DNA of 64,000 bases, from positions 1,080,356 to 1,144,355 of the forward strand of contig OY970295.1 of NCBI GenBank assembly GCA_963716185.1. Reading direction: 5' to 3'. Made by a program: the position numbers and the translations under genes. This DNA is from Thermodesulfovibrionales bacterium (lineage in GTDB: Bacteria > Nitrospirota > Thermodesulfovibrionia > Thermodesulfovibrionales > SM23-35). This document shows positions 63,530 through 64,000 of the stretch, piece by piece (the first letter of the stretch is position 1; the number at the start of each line of letters is the position of its first letter). Under the pieces are notes generated by a model that was not told the DNA's origin, did no database searches, and was given only the letters and a program-made list of their open reading frames with translations.

Positions 63530-64000
63530 ATGATTGCTAAGGTGGGAAAAGCTGCGCCCGATTTTGAGGCGAGCGCATTCATCGACGGTGGCTTCAAAAA
63601 TATCAAACTGTCCGATTATAAGGGACAGTGGGTAGTGCTCTGTTTCTATCCCGGCGACTTTACTTTTGTCTGACCGACCGAACTGTCGGCAGTTGCTGTC
63701 AAATATGAGGAACTCAAGACACTCGGTGTTCAGATGCTGGCGATGAGCGCGGACAGCAGGTTCGTCCACAAGATATGGCAGGAGGATGAACTCTCCAAGA
63801 TGGTTTCCGGGGGCATCCCCTTTCCCATGCTCACAGACGCGGGGGGCAGGATCGGGAGTATTTACGGAATATACGATGAAGATGCGGGAGTGGATATCAG
63901 AGGTAGGTTCATCATCGACCCCGACGGGACCATTCAGGCAATGGAAGTATTGACACCGCCGGTGGGTCGCAACGTTGCTGAATTGATCCGACAGGTTAAA
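63530..64000 (+). CDS. 2-Cys peroxiredoxin (AhpC/Prx1 type) with selenocysteine at the peroxidatic position; 3' end outside the window
   Basis: ATG 63530 behind AAAGGAGG. ...[45 protein letters not shown]... The universally conserved FTFVCPTE has TGA (63671-73) in place of Cys, and the frame continues cleanly to the window end. Confidence 0.85.
63674..63689 (+). promoter_or_regulatory. candidate SECIS hairpin for the peroxiredoxin UGA
   Basis: CCGAC-CGAACT-GTCGG immediately 3' of the UGA. Extendable to CUGACCGAC/GUCGGCAG with one bulge. Confidence 0.4.

Overview
64-kb chromosomal segment, roughly 45-50% GC by eye, with a visibly AT-richer, decayed stretch at ~13.4-22.7 kb. Gene content suggests an anaerobic, selenium-using, H2/sulfur-cycling bacterium. 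This is inference: all calls come from reading the ORF translations and DNA, and no searches were possible.

Content in order:
- cheW-cheR(TPR)-cheW chemotaxis operon next to a PAS gene
- two SAM methyltransferases
- RND efflux trio
- yceI
- acetate kinase preceded by a 45-codon relic of phosphoketolase
- an ORF-free AT-rich spacer, then frameshifted DUF1566 and membrane genes
- a sigma54-promoted module: octahaem cytochrome::4-TM fusion, SHOCT protein, histidine kinase, outer-membrane monohaem beta-barrel
- AbrB-RelE/ParE and VapBC toxin-antitoxin pairs
- a junction of two gene relics (histidine kinase C-terminus and GH57 N-terminus)
- a plant-type alpha-glucan,water-dikinase-like gene translationally coupled to a TIM-barrel::GH13 fusion, bracketed by REP-like hairpin repeats
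- Crp/Fnr regulator, HesB-like protein, hemB
- an arsR-dsrE-like-tauE-selD operon in which selD carries an in-frame UGA (Sec)
- hybrid kinase and hydrogenase protease
- peptidoglycan-recycling genes (MurU::AmgK-like fusion, DUF1343/NamZ-like)
- OsmC, MBL hydrolase
- rbp-rpsU, csp, infC, tRNA-Ala(CGC)
- hdrA-mvhDGA plus tusA
- poly-HAMP MCP, apgM, SWIB, nudC
- a redox island with two radical-SAM/SPASM enzymes, ferredoxin, Cys-less DsrC-like protein, ferritin-like protein, a Fur/PerR-type regulator and a Sec-containing peroxiredoxin

No rRNA, CRISPR, transposase or integrase was seen.

Most interesting observations:
1. The bacterial GWD-like/CBM45-like gene with its unusual partner.
2. A radical-SAM enzyme with an RRE-like N-terminus followed by a 20-codon Cys-rich ORF.
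3. A family of long-stem intergenic elements with arm covariation, plus a shared promoter-like module.
4. Three translation- or redox-related genes (infC, rpsU, mvhD) with no canonical start codon. rpsU lies in frame behind rbp, separated by a single UAA.

Caveat: four genes carry frameshifts, which could be real decay or assembly errors.
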